From contig RDEW01000011.1 of NCBI GenBank assembly GCA_011109175.1, positions 1,298,209 through 1,362,208 on the forward strand: a stretch of 64,000 bases of DNA, in the 5' to 3' direction. The DNA is from Dicyema japonicum. Its lineage: Eukaryota; Animalia; Dicyemida. The notes under the pieces are model-generated. The model did not search any database. It saw only the letters and a list, made by a program, of their open reading frames with translations, and was not told where the DNA came from. The position numbers and the translations under genes were made by a program. Shown in pieces: positions 1 to 12,555 of the stretch (position 1 is its first letter; each line of letters starts with the position of its first letter).

Positions 1-346
1 ACTGCTTTAAAAAATTTCCATGATTTTAATTATTTTTTGTTAAATTTATTTCAATTATTAGTTATATTCATACTTTTTAGATTTAAATTTCCTATAAGGG
101 GAGCATTATTTGATCGAATCTAAATTTAATATTCTGTTATCACAACAGCGCTTAGATAAAACTTTTCCTACTTATTTTCAAAAGCTTAATTGTCTTTCTT
201 AATGAAATTTTCTGATACCCTAATATTAAATATGATTACTGTTAATATATAAAATATGTTAAGGTGTTAAATTATACAAATTTAATATACTGCTTCTTAA
301 TTTTAAAATTCATGATAAATTAATATTAGTAAATTATCAAATGCAA

Positions 347-891
347 CTAATTATAAAACGGAGGGAGATTCCCAGTAATAAAACGATACAAATCGGCCTC
401 TAAAGCTCTAAAAACAGCATAGGCTTCACTCTAAACATAAATTGAAATTAACCTCATCAACTTTACAATTATTTATTTCTTCAATTAAAAGATCTACGTT
501 AATTTTTTTATTACCTCTTTCTTGATTGTTTTTATTTAAAGCTATAAAATTCGCTAGTTAACTCTGCGTGTCGGTTGTTGATATTACAATAAATTTCATG
601 TTGTTCCATGTATTCGTCATACATTTCTCTAAGAATTCTCTGCCGATCCATTTGCGTGTTCATCTAATTTTTTGTTTATATAATATTTGTATATTTTACA
701 AGGTCATAATTGTAGTCATAACATCTAAGTAGACGTAATTTATTTTAGCAATTTTGTCATTTTTTATATTTTCCGGTTATTATTTCAAATGAGGATATAA
801 GTTTTTTCTAAGTTATGTAATATTTTAGATGTTTCACTCGTATGATAATCTTGTTTTAATATTTTTTTTATTTACTCAAATATTGCGACAT
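347..891 (-). CDS. Orphan protein, copy 1 (frameshifted relative to copy 2)
   Basis: Reads ...MNTQMDRQRILREMYDEYMEQHEIY...KVDE | 22-nt GT-AG intron 431-452 | SEAYAVFRALEADLYRFITGNLPPFYN*; 5' end uncertain. Confidence 0.4.
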
Positions 892-971
892 AAATATAAA
901 CTTGACTAAATTATCTATTTTCTATCATAAAATTAGTTATTTAGAATAAAAATAATTTTTAATTTCATTAT

Positions 972-1251
972 ACGTCGGCGGAGAAGGCCAAACTCGTTAA
1001 ATACGTCGACCTTCCCGATGATGTAAAATTTGTTCCCCTTGCTATGGAGACTTCCGGATCCTACTCCCCTTCTACACGAAAGTTTTTCGGACGTCTTGGA
1101 AATCGGATCACCTCATGCACTGGAGATCCCCCGTGAACGCCGCTGGCTTTTGAGCGAATTTCGCTCGCAATTTTGAGAGGGAACAGCCACGCAGTGAGGG
1201 CGGCAACTACCTGACTTCTATTGTTTAAGTTTATTTAATGAACCATAAAAA
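972..1251 (+). mobile_element. 5'-truncated CRE-clade non-LTR retrotransposon (3' end)
   Basis: Encodes AEKAKLVKYVDLPDDVKFVPLAMETSGSYSPSTRKFFGRLGNRITSCTGD...ERISLAILRGNSHAVRAATT*, nearly identical to the element at 55990-60140; 11-bp TSD aatttcattat (961-971 / 1252-1262); empty site at ~12625. Confidence 0.9.
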
Positions 1252-1269
1252 AATTTCATTATTAAAATT

Positions 1270-1650
1270 TTTATTTTTTATATCTGGTTTGTCGTGTGAG
1301 AAAATGGAAGAGGGTGGACATACTTTTAGAACCATTTCGAAAAAACGAAAAACTTTTTACTACCTGGCAACTCAGTGTGGTAGAATGTTATAAAGTGATT
1401 ATGTGAGAACTTACAATGAAGTTTTAAAATGCATACATCTCCATCTATAAGGAGTATTTGGAATCAAAAGAATATAAATGTGAAGTGAGATTCAGTTCTG
1501 TAAACTCTAATATCGTAGAATATTAAGATAGAGTCAATACGTCAATCCTGAATGAAACGACACTACATTTCACAGAATTTTGAACAACAAAAATAAGTCA
1601 AACTTTTGTATTAATACTGGAGCATTCAAATGCATGTAACAGTTGCAATA
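1270..1650 (+). mobile_element. Decayed R4/NeSL-like (RLE-type) LINE fragment, CCHC region
   Basis: The homologous copy at 12660-12840 translates as TFDHLATQCGRMLYSDNVRRHNEVLNCLH, the H-x3-C...RHN pattern upstream of RLE domains. Confidence 0.55.
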
Positions 1651-2146
1651 TCTCGGCGTTTATGTCAATTAAAAGGTTTCCTTTTAGACTACATTAAGAA
1701 AAAAAGCTACCGGTGAAATCGCTATTTCGTTATTGAAAAATTAAAAATGAATTTGAACAATTAAAAGAAATCAAGAAAAATTATCAAATTTCTAAAAAAA
1801 TACAAAGCACTCGAATGTGTAGATTCTGAAAGACACATAAATAAACGAATCATGGAAGATAAAATTCAGAAATTTTATGTTTATGTTGAAGAAATTTACG
1901 ATATTATCTAGAAAGCTCACCTACAAACTGGCCATGGTGGACGTTATAGAATGGTCAATGAACTTTCAAAAAATAGTAACATTAATCGTCAGACAATTAT
2001 ATACATCATTTTGCATTCACTGTCAGAAAAAAGAGAATCAGATCAAAATCAAATTCTAGTGTTGTTTGTCAAATTTTATCGAAAGAATTTTAATCTCGTG
2101 CGCAGGTTGATCTGATAGACAAGAGATAATTATCATAGAGTTATTA

Positions 2147-4130
2147 TGTCGCGAGCGCTACTTGCAACTATGCGCTACTTGCAATATCGATTTTTGAATT
2201 TTTTGAATTTTTTTGAATCTATAAAATTGTTCTTTTCGATTGAAATTCTAATTTTTAGTAATATAAAATATTAATTTTATTGTATAAAAATTAATATAAA
2301 CTATTAATACTAATTTGAATTGTTATGTCACGCTTGTTTGTTAAGACATCTGTTGAATATGATAATCTCAAAATTATTCTGGAAGGAGGCTTACCTACTG
2401 ATGTGCCTGCATATGCTATGTGCAGGATCCGAAAAAAGTCCAAGAGCTTCGTTCTTAAAGGAGGAAGAATGTATCTAAAAGACCCAGAAGGCGATAAATT
2501 GGTTATTGTTTCGGACAACGTTGAGGAAATGAAGTTTGTCGCTACTCAAATTCAAATGATTTAACACATTGTGGCCAAAACATCTTAGAAGCATATTGTA
2601 AAGAACGATATTTTTTTGTGAAAAGAGATGTTATTCGCGATGTTGTTTCCAATTGTGAGACATGTCTTTTTGCCAGAAGTCTTAAGGAATATGATGAAGA
2701 AAATCATATAATAGCAACTCGCCCCAATGAGAGATTTCGATCTTAAAAGGTATCAATTTTTTTATATTCTCTAGGTTTAGCGAGCATAATGATGGTTATT
2801 CGTGGCTTTTAACGGCTATTGATATTTATTCAAAATATGCTGTTACAAAAAGCTTAAAGAAAAAAAGTGGTTTGGAAGTTGCTGACAACCTTGAGGATAT
2901 ATTCATGGATTATGGACCATGTTTATATTTACAGTCGGACAATGGCTTCGAGTTTAAAAACTCACATGTCACTGCAATTTGCAAGAAATATAACATTATT
3001 CAAATTCATTCACGTCCAAACAACCCACGTAGTCAAGGTATACAATTGAATTATTTTTTTATAGGAATTGTAGAAAGATTCAATCAGACAATCACTCGAA
3101 CTTTGTCGAAGATGTTGTTTGATGATCCAAATAAATGTTGGAAAAAACAGATTAAAAAAGCTGTCCAATTTTATAATCTTAGTTATCATAGTTCAACAGG
3201 TTGTATGGCCTTATATATAAATTAGGTGACAATCCGTTTCGTCGTTACAGAGGCATCAAAGGATTTAATCCAATTCTCCCTTATGTAGGATACATTGAAA
3301 AAAATGATGAAGCAGTTGTGAATGGTTTGAGAGTTAAGGGAAAATTTAGAAACTCAAATTGAAACAGAGATTCGTAAATCAAGTGGAGAGGCAGGTTATC
3401 AATTTTTTTTATTATTTCATAGAATTTGACTTCATGCATTGTCCATTAGATTTGAATTCCCCTTATTTCAAAAGAATGAACAGAAAAATGGGTGTTCATT
3501 GCTCAAAATACTCATTCGAGAAAGGAGATGAGGTTAGTTAATTACATTGACAATATAGGTTTGCGTAAAAAAAGACCATGGGACAAACCCCTCGCTAAAG
3601 TTAGGGAAATTTGAATTTCCCTACAGTGAAAAAGTGAAAGTCGTAGATATATAGTCTAACAAGCGAATGACACTTCAATCAAATGAGGGACATACCGAGA
3701 TCTTCCACATGAGTCGCGTTAAAAAGCTTAAAAAGAAGTGACTTACCTTTTCTTATAAATAAAATTTTTTTTTTGAATTTTTTGTCTTAATTGAAACTTA
3801 AATGAATACAATCGTCTAACCTGGAATTTTTAATAGTTCAAAATATTGAAAAATTAAGAGTTTTATTGTTGAAATTAATTTTTTAATTATTTAGAATGCT
3901 TATCAGTATTATTAATAGTAAGATAATTTAATAATTTAAAAAATAAGTTCAATTTTATAATTTTTAAGGCATAACATAAATCTATATGTAATTTTAGTTT
4001 CATGTTTTTTTGAGTAAACTGGTTTCTTTTACCGATTTCGACTTGTGAGTGTCATATGACTATTCGTTTAATTTCGAGGAAAAAAATCGATATTGCAAGT
4101 AGCGCATAGTTGCAGGTAGCGCTCGCGACA
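2147..4130 (+). mobile_element. Ginger2/TDD-like DNA transposon with DDE integrase
   Basis: 49-bp TIRs TGTCGCGAGCGCTAC(T/C)TGCAACTATGCGCTACTTGCAATATCGATTTTT (2147-2195 / 4082-4130, 1 mismatch); TSD TATTA; integrase motifs WLLTAIDIYSKYA, LQSDNGFEF, PRSQG/IVERFN; micro-introns 2750-2774, 3038-3064, 3200-3225. Confidence 0.9.
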
Positions 4131-4281
4131 TATTATAATTGGGTTTTAGTCAATCAAACTCATATGACCAAATTTTGCATCCTTCGCGCTTTTAAACAAA
4201 AATGTGCTGGAGAAGTTGCTTTTCAACTTGTCAATATTTTTTATGTTTGGAGAACCTCAAAAATTGCAAAGTGATAATGGT

Positions 4282-4480
4282 ATCATAACTAGACTTTCTG
4301 AATTGTTAATGGAATTCTATAATCATAACTAGACTTTCTGAATTGTTAAATGGAATGAAATCATAACTAGACTTTCTGAATTGTTAAATGGAATTCTATA
4401 ATCATAACTAGACTTTCTGAATTGTTAAATGGAATGAAATCATAACTAGACTTTCTGAATTGTTAAATGGAATTCTATAA
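4282..4480 (+). repeat. Tandem array of 5 units alternating ~41 and 38 bp inside the outer integrase
   Basis: Unit atcataactagactttctgaattgttaaatggaat followed alternately by tctata or gaa. Confidence 0.9.
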
Positions 4481-5009
4481 ATATCCTCATGTGCAGCAAA
4501 AAAATAAGAGGACGTTTATGGTATTTTTATTACTTTAATTAACAATTGGAAGACTTCGTTACTCTCAAAGTCAGGGAACAGTAGAAAGAGAAAATTATAA
4601 AGATATGTTTTTTGCATGGATGCCCTATAATAAGACTTCGGATTGGACGATTGGAATCAATTTTTACAGTTCTCAAAAAATTCATCCTATTGTAAAACTA
4701 GAAAACAATCCCCACATTCTCCTCTGTTTGATGAAGATATGAGAATTGGATTAAGATTAACAAATTTACACAAGATTTTCTCAAAAAATATGAATGAAGA
4801 TGATTTAATTGAAATATTGGAAGATGGTAATCGTTCAGGAATCAACAAATAGAAGTTTACGATTAATCAATAGAATTATGCATAAGAAAATTTTAAAAAT
4901 TGAAGATATTTTAAATAAAGATATAATTTTTTGAGAAATGCATCAGAATTGAATCTTATTTGAGCGGGCAAAATTACGTAAGATGTAATATCAAAAGGCA
5001 ACAGACGAG

Positions 5010-6730
5010 GTACCACAGGGGAGAAGGCACGCGCCCTCCCCTGGAATGGAAGGTGATGTAAGCGATGTCAACCGCGTGGTAAGTCGATACTGCAGCAGCT
5101 CAGATTCAACGTTTCCTAACGCGCTTAGGGACATTGCGCTCTGCGATAGGAAGGTAAATGCTCCGAAGTGATGTTGCGCATCATTTCGGTTAATGCTAGG
5201 TCCCTCCGGAAAAGAAGGAAGGCCATCGAGGATTTTCTAGACTCCCTGGAGGTCGATATCTTGGTCCTTAACGAGACCAAGTGTAAAGATACGGCTGCTG
5301 CAGACTTTAAAGGCTATACTAGTTGTCATCTCTTGTGGAATGACTCACATCGAGGTTCGGGCACTAGTATCTATTGGAGGACGAATCTAGCAGCAGTCGT
5401 CCAAGGTATTTCTCAGTGCCCTCATTGCGAGCTCTTATTTATACGCGTTAGGCTTCCTAGTTTTACTATAGTCATAGGGGCAATGTATGCCAAGCAGTTT
5501 TGTGGTTGTGTAAGGACCACATTAAAACTGCCTTCGACATATATCCCCATTGTGTTATTTTTGGCGATCTGAATGCTAAGCATTCGGATTTTGGCTGCGT
5601 TACTAATAATAGAGCGGGATCAGCACTGCGAAACCTAGCGGGGGATCTTGGGCTCTCGGTTACTACATCAACGGATCCCAACCACAAGGATACAAGAGGA
5701 GGAGAGGACTACCTGGGAATGGGCGTAGCCTCTCCATCGTTAATTGGTATGCTCTCTGTACCTCGTGTTCTTAAGGACATCGGAAGCGATCACCGTTCCC
5801 TACTCACCGAGCTTCACGTACCTGTTCGATCTCAGGCTCCAATTGGCTATGACTTGGGCTCTGGCACTTGGGATAGCGTGGAGTCGTTCATGGATAGAAA
5901 ACTCCTTTCTCTCAAAGGGCAAGTTTGTAGTGAAGAAGACGTTGAAGAAATGGATGCCACCTTTTGTGGTATCCTTGAAGAATACATGCGGACTAACATC
6001 TGGTTACGTCCGCATGGTGAAGACTTCGCACGGATTCCAGGCCTGATTTTGAGTAAAATAATACTTAGAAAGAGGTACCTGAGATTCCGAGCGAGGTGCA
6101 AAAAATGAAAAGAACCGGATCTACTACCAGAAGAAGGTTAATAGCCTGAGAAGGGAAATAAGGAAGGCGCTCGTTGACTTCCAGAGCGACAAATGGAGGA
6201 GGGCTTGCGAGAGGGTGAACCTCCGCATGGCCGGACTTTTGGAGTCAACTGAAGCGTCTGTCGGGCAGAGGGGAAGAGTCGTCAGCGCGTACCTTGAGTC
6301 GTATGGATGGTTCTAAAACCTGAGACCCTGCTAAAATTACGAGCATCTTCGCAGGTAGCTTTGGGGCAGTCACTGCAGTTCGACCGGACAAATTCGTCGA
6401 AATGTCAGCCTGACTAAGTATAGAGGACGTCATCTTTACGGAGAGCCGCAAGCGGAGCCACTCGCAGGGGAATCCGAACATGACATATATAACTGAGGAA
6501 AAAATCCGGGCCTCGATAATAAAATCGAAGAACAACGCAACGGGTCAGGACAAGATCCCCATGGCCCTTTTCAAGAAAGGGCCTGCAAGTCATCTAGCGA
6601 CTTTGGTAAGGTTGTACAACGGTAGCTTCAGGTTGGGTTACGTTCCTAGGCGATAGAAAGAAGCGGAACTGGTTTTTGTTACCTCCTGAAGACCCTAGTA
6701 GCTACCGTCCTATAAGCCTGTTGCCTGCAG
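5010..6730 (+). mobile_element. Jockey/I-like LINE (APE endonuclease plus start of RT), truncated
   Basis: LRIISVNARSL...LVLNETK, IFGDLNAKH, DIGSDH, ATGQDKIP and DPSSYRPISLLP. Confidence 0.85.
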
Positions 6731-6734
6731 CATT

Positions 6735-9230
6735 ATCAAAGACGTATAATGAATATGAGTCGTCCTCACTTATATTCATTGCTGGCAATCTGAATGCGAA
6801 AATCGGAACAAAAAAGAACTCAGAAGATACCTTCAAGGGAAGACACGGACGTGGGAAAAGAAATTTGCCTGGGACCATACTTGGCTATTTCTGCACAGGC
6901 AAACAAACTGTTCTTGTGCAACACTGCATTCTCTCATCGTGCATGCCACATAACCACTTGGATGGGCGAACGAAGAAACCCAGAAGGAAAACTAGTCCCT
7001 ATATACAACCAAATTGACTATATTATATGCCGGATCAATGACAAACGCTCTCTTATAAACGCACGCTCATCGAAGGTTCAACAACTGTCACGATCACAGA
7101 ATGGTTATTGTCACCTTCAGCCTTGCGAAACATGGTATCAAACATAAGAAACATAATAACATTACAAACAATAATAATGAGAATACAAGAAATAAATACG
7201 CAACGGGAAAACTGATCTCTCATCCAGACACAGTCAAAAATTACTAAAAACACATCTACTCTCATCTGAAGGACCAAACAGTAGGAATTTCGTGGGATCA
7301 CACAGAGTATATAATAAACGAAGCAGCAAGCCAGTACCTCGGCACGGGGAGATGGCCAGTAAGGGTCTGACGACACATACAGAACTAGTAAAGGAGTTAG
7401 CAAAGGAGTTAAAAGAAATCCATACAAAAAAACTAAACGAAAAAGACTATAACAAGAGAAAAGTCCTTCAAGGACAGAGGGACCAAATCCGTAGAAAAAT
7501 CAGGAGACTGAACAAGACACTCACCAAGAAGAGCTTCTTCGCAAAATCAATGAAGTATCCAAACTAAAGGATAATTCACAAATGTATATGTCCGCTCGTT
7601 TACTACGACACAGAAACCGGACGGAACGAATAATCATCAAAGACAAAAATGGTCAAGACATTACTGAATACTGAAGAGCAAGCGTAGGTAATTGCAACAC
7701 ATTTTGATAGACTTTTTAATGTGACTACAGCAATCCCCATTCAAAGAAAGCCTAGACCCTTAAAAGAACCAATTTCAATTTTGGAAGTAAAAACAGCATG
7801 TCAAAAACTAAAAAATAACAGAAGCCCTGGACCAGATACGATAAACCAGAATTACTGAAATACGGCCCTGACCCCCTTTTTGAAAAAATCGCTACACTAC
7901 TAAATGAAATGTTTTCAACTAACTCAACTTTACCCCCGGGAAGGGGATTACTAATACCCATACAAAAACCCAATATACCCAAAGGACTGGCTGAAAATTT
8001 ACGATCATTATCAAACTATATACGGAAAGTTTTAGCTAACATTGTATTGGAACGAATAAAAGTACCCACCTATGAATACCTACCCGAAAGTCAAAGTGGG
8101 TTCAAAGAAGGAAGATCAAGAGCTGATGTAGTCTGAAGTCTAAGATGGAGATGAGCAACACATCAAAGATATTGCAATGCCATCTACATTCTGGGAATAG
8201 ATCTATCAAAAGCCTTTGACACGGTTAACAGGAACAAATTGATGACAGTGCTGGAAGGGTTTATTGACGAATCGAGTCTAAGAATGATTCAAATCCTTCT
8301 ATCTAACACAGAGCTCCTTGTGAGAGTTGGAAAAACCTACTCAAGAAAATTTGAAATAAACACAGGCACTCCTCAAGGAGACTCCCTCTCTCCCCTACTA
8401 TTCACAACATACTTGGAGGCCGCCATGAGGAACTGAGACCATTATCAAGGAAAAATAGAAGAAGTGATTTATGCTGCTATGATGTCGACCTAATTTCTAA
8501 AGACAAAGAACTCTGGAGCATGTACTAGAAAAAGCACCAGATATACTTGAGAAATGGTTTCTCACCGTGAACAGGGAAAAAACAGAACGGAGAGATAAGA
8601 CGAATGAACAACTCACTCGAAGAAAAATGGAGACATAAAGAAACTTGGCTCTCTCTAGGAGATAGCAAAGACATCATACGGAGAAAAACATTGGCAAATG
8701 GCATTACAAAAGCTGAAAAATCTTTGGCTAAAACGGAAAGACATAACATAAAGAAAGGATTATGTTATACGACACTTTCACCAAACCAATTCTACTATAC
8801 AACTCTGGGACCTGGGCCACCTCTAAAGAGGAATTGAAGAGGCTAGACTCATTTCAGTGGAATCATCTAAGAAACATAACTGGAATGTCCAGGCCATCCA
8901 AAATCTAGCGGAATGGACAGTACAATAAGTGTGACTGTATACCAAAGCCACGAGATCATTAGCTCTCGTTGGAGACTTTTTGGACACGTCCTGAGGTTGG
9001 ACATCGCAATGGAAGATTACTACTCCTCCAATGTAAAACGCTTTCGTGAAAGACCGAGAACTAACCTCCCTGTCGTTCTACAAAACGATCTGAGAGCCGT
9101 GAAGAAAACATTGGCATCTGGTGACGATCTGAACTCACTAAGGAACCTAGCAAAGAACAGAAGAGCTTGGAGCAACCTAACTAATTTTCTTATATTTTTT
9201 GCTGCACATACGGGGCTCTCGTATAAATAT
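6735..9230 (+). mobile_element. RTE-like LINE, decayed
   Basis: IAGNLNAKIG, NQIDYI, SQSGFKEGRS, GIDLSKAFD, GTPQGDSLSPLLF and RWRLFGHVLR. Confidence 0.85.
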
Positions 9231-9624
9231 TATGGCTCTCGTGAAAGTGCTCCCGGGTGTGGCCTATTTTACTATAAATATTACATTTCTGTGGGAGTTA
9301 TGGGAATGATTGGATGATGGTTTAATATCAGTTTTATTTATATCTGAAATAAATAAAATTAGAACTTTCTAAATTAATTCCTGTATTTTTAGAATCACAA
9401 GAATTGACTTTTGGTTCTATTTTTATTCTTGGGTCAGTGGAAATTCCACGATCTTCCACAGAAGGAGTCTTCTCAATCTTCACATGGTCAGACTCCCTGA
9501 CTGTCTCAAAAAGCAGGCTCATTAAAGGTGGATACGAATGGTCTAAAATAAAAGAAATCGGATACGTCGAATATGGGTTAATAAAACGAGGATTTAAACT
9601 GACCATGGGAGTGAAGTTGGTCTA

Positions 9625-10200
9625 AATCAAGAAAAATTATCAAATTTCTAAATAAATACAAAGTACTCGAATGTGTAGATTCTGAAAGACACACAAATAA
9701 ACGAATCATGGAAGATAAAATTCAGAAATTTTATGTTTATGTTGAAGAAATTTACGATATTATCTAGAAAGCTCACCTACAAACTGGCCATGGTTAACGT
9801 TATAGAATTGTCAATGAACTTGCAAAAAAATAATAACATTAATCGTCAGACAATTATATATATCATTTTGCATTCACTGTCAGAAAAAAGAGAATCAGAT
9901 CAAAATCAATATATGCTCTGTTTAATGATGATTAAACAGATTTAATTTAATGAAGATATGAGAATTGGATTAAGATCAACAAATTTACCCAAAGATTTTC
10001 TCCAAAAATATGAATGAAGATGATTTAATTGAATTATTCGAAGATGATAATCGTTCAGGAATCACCAAAAAGCAGTATACGATTAATCAAATAGAATTAT
10101 GCATAAGAAAATTTTAAAAATTGAAGATATTTTAAATAAAGATATAATTTTTTGAGAAATGCATCAGAATTGAATCTTATTTGAGGGGGCAAAATTACGT
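9625..10200 (+). repeat. Internally deleted copy of the KRBA2-like element
   Basis: Matches 1768-2050, then jumps to sequence matching ~4730-4995. Confidence 0.85.
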
Positions 10201-11499
10201 AAGATGTAATAGCAAAGGATCTGAAGCATGTAATAACAATAGGTAAATCGATTTATATTGACAAAAATAGATGAAACTGTTTTTAAAAAATTCTAAATAT
10301 AATATCAGATGTCACAAAAATGGCAACTGCTTAAATGAACTTTAATAATTATTTCGTTTAAAAATATTTTTTACTGACATTGTTTTAACCTTTTGTAACC
10401 TGATGGGTAACAATTTATTGTCATAGCTTTGAAAAAATTTCAACCTCAGGCTGATCATAATCAGAGTAGATCAATATAAGAGAGAAAATATATTACAATT
10501 TTAATTTGTCAATTGATGAAATAAGATAATCATTTTTAGTCATTTTATGAATTGACTGATTATACAAATTGACACCAACATATACACAAATTAGTACACA
10601 AATTAGATTAGTTTCAATATCACACATGTTTATTTTTTTATAAAAATAAATATTTTAAAGTTACTCATACTTTTTGGACACTCGAATGCCCAACTCAAGG
10701 TCTGACTAGATTCATTATTAAATTTATTCATATGAAAAAAGTAACTCAACCTAAACCTTTATCTTCACTATTCGTCATTTTTCTTTTACACTCACTCATG
10801 AATTTATCCTCGCTGTTGGGAGGCGCTCTTTGCATTTTGGAAACCTCTGATCTAGAGGGAGATTTTAAAAATAACATGTTTATGAGGTTAACGTTGTGTC
10901 TTGTAGCTCACTCGATAAGGTGTCACACATTCCGGAAAAGAACTAAATAGCCAATGACTTCTCCCCACTCTAGAAATTTTTTATTTTCATAATGTGAAAG
11001 AAGACGGATGCATTTTCTACAGGATCGAAAGAATTTTTCTTAGGAGAGATGCGAGCCACGATATTGACTATGGCTTAGGCAATGTCTCGAATTTTTGAAG
11101 GCCCTTCAATTACGTCCTCTTAACTGTAAATCTTTACTTATTTTCTTTTATTTAAAAAATTTATGTTTTTTTATTTAAAAATTCAAAATTTATAAATCTA
11201 ATATTTTTTAAAAGCAATATTTTTTATAAATGCTTTAGTGCAATTTATAAGTCCTATATTTTAAATTTTAACTGCTGTAAAAAACTTTTCCTTATTTTAA
11301 TTATTTTTTGTTAAATTTATTTCATTTATTTGTTTCTGAGAGGTGATTCCAACTTTAAAAATCTCAATCTAATTATTTGTAATTCTATTCTTTATCAAGA
11401 ATAATAATATGTGCTCTCTTTTATCTTATATATGTGCTTCTTTCTGATAATACATAAAAGTCTTTATATTCTTACTTTTAAGATTGCTTAGTTGTTTGG

Positions 11500-11810
11500 T
11501 GTCGGATAAAGTGGCTTAGGTGGCGGGTTCGATTCTAGCTGGTGTTCACCTGGTGGAAGATTCCACGAATTTACGATGCTATAAGGGGTTGATAAGTGAC
11601 GCCGTCATCATTGGACATTCTCTGCTTAACTGGATAGTCTAAAAAGACATACACCCTTGAAAAGAAAAAAGAAGTGAAGAGTAGTCCTTGATCCCCCTTA
11701 ATTAGCTATTATAACTGTTCTTTGCTTAAAATTAAGTTTGCGTTCTGTTTGTTGTGAGCGATAACTGATATGGCTCCTTCGGAAAGTACGACATTATTAT
11801 TATTATAACA
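11500..11810 (+). mobile_element. Putative tRNA-derived SINE
   Basis: B-box-like GGTTCGATTC near 11526; (ATT)n tail near 11792-11806; no intact cloverleaf. Confidence 0.45.
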
Positions 11811-12008
11811 TAGCTTCAATAAAACTATTTCTACTTATTTTCAAAAGCTTAATTGTCTTTCTCTAATAAATTTTCTGATACCCTAACATTAAACTTAGTT
11901 ACTGTTACTAAATAAGATCTGTTAAGGTGTTAAATTTACAAACTTAATATACTTCCTCTTAATTTTAAAATTCATGATAAATTAATATTAGTAAATTATC
12001 AAATATAA

Positions 12009-12555
12009 CTAATTATAAAACGGAGGGAGATTCCCAGTAATATAACTATACAAATCGGCCTCTAAAGCTCTAAAAACAGCATAGGCTTCACTCTAAAAAT
12101 TAATTGAAATTAACCTCATCAACTTTACAATCATTTAATTCTTTAATTAATTGATCTACGTTAATTTTTTTATTACCTCTTTCTTGATTGTTTTTGTAAT
12201 TAAAGCTATAAAATTCGCTAGTTAACTCTGCGTGTCGGTTGTTGATATTACAATAAATTTCATATTGCTCCATGTATTCGTCATACATTTCTCTAAGAAT
12301 TCTCTGCCGATCCATTTGCGTGTTCATCTAATTTTTTGTTTATATAATATTTGTATATTTTACAAGGTCATAATTGTAGTCATAACATCTAAGTAGACGT
12401 AATTTATTTTAGCAATTTTGTCATTTTTTTATTTTCCGGTTATTATTTCAAATGAGGATATAGTTTTTTCCAAGTTATGTAATATTTTAGATGTTTCACT
12501 CGTATGATAATCTTGTTTTAATATTTTATTTTTGCTTACTCAAATATTGCGACAT
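12009..12555 (-). CDS. Orphan protein, copy 2
   Basis: ORF 12100-12327 joins SEAYAVFRALEADLYSYITGNLPPFYN* through a 22-nt GT-AG intron (12093-12114); the upstream exon is tentative. Confidence 0.45.

Larger units (their letters stand above)
1..1430. repeat. Duplicated block A (second copy about 11270-12830), interrupted here by a CRE fragment
   Basis: Long near-identical stretches, e.g. cggagggagattcccagtaa...caaatcggcctctaaagctctaaaaacagcataggcttcactctaaa at ~359-435 and ~12021-12097, and aaaatggaagagggtggac at ~1301 and ~12686. Confidence 0.9.
1750..5005 (+). mobile_element. Decayed KRBA2/SCAND3-like integrase element (outer), split by the insertion at 2147-4130
   Basis: AHLQTGHGGR (H2C2-like), AQVDLID, TKFCILRA...QSDNG and YSQSQGTVER across frameshifts; partial duplicate at 9625-10200; boundaries approximate. 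Confidence 0.75.

Noticed and set aside
1-960. Mitochondrial insertion (very AT-rich block)
   Set aside because: No recognisable mitochondrial gene or rRNA; it contains a spliceosomal-type intron instead
4282-4480. CRISPR-like array
   Set aside because: No unique spacers; the units are duplicated integrase coding sequence in a eukaryotic context
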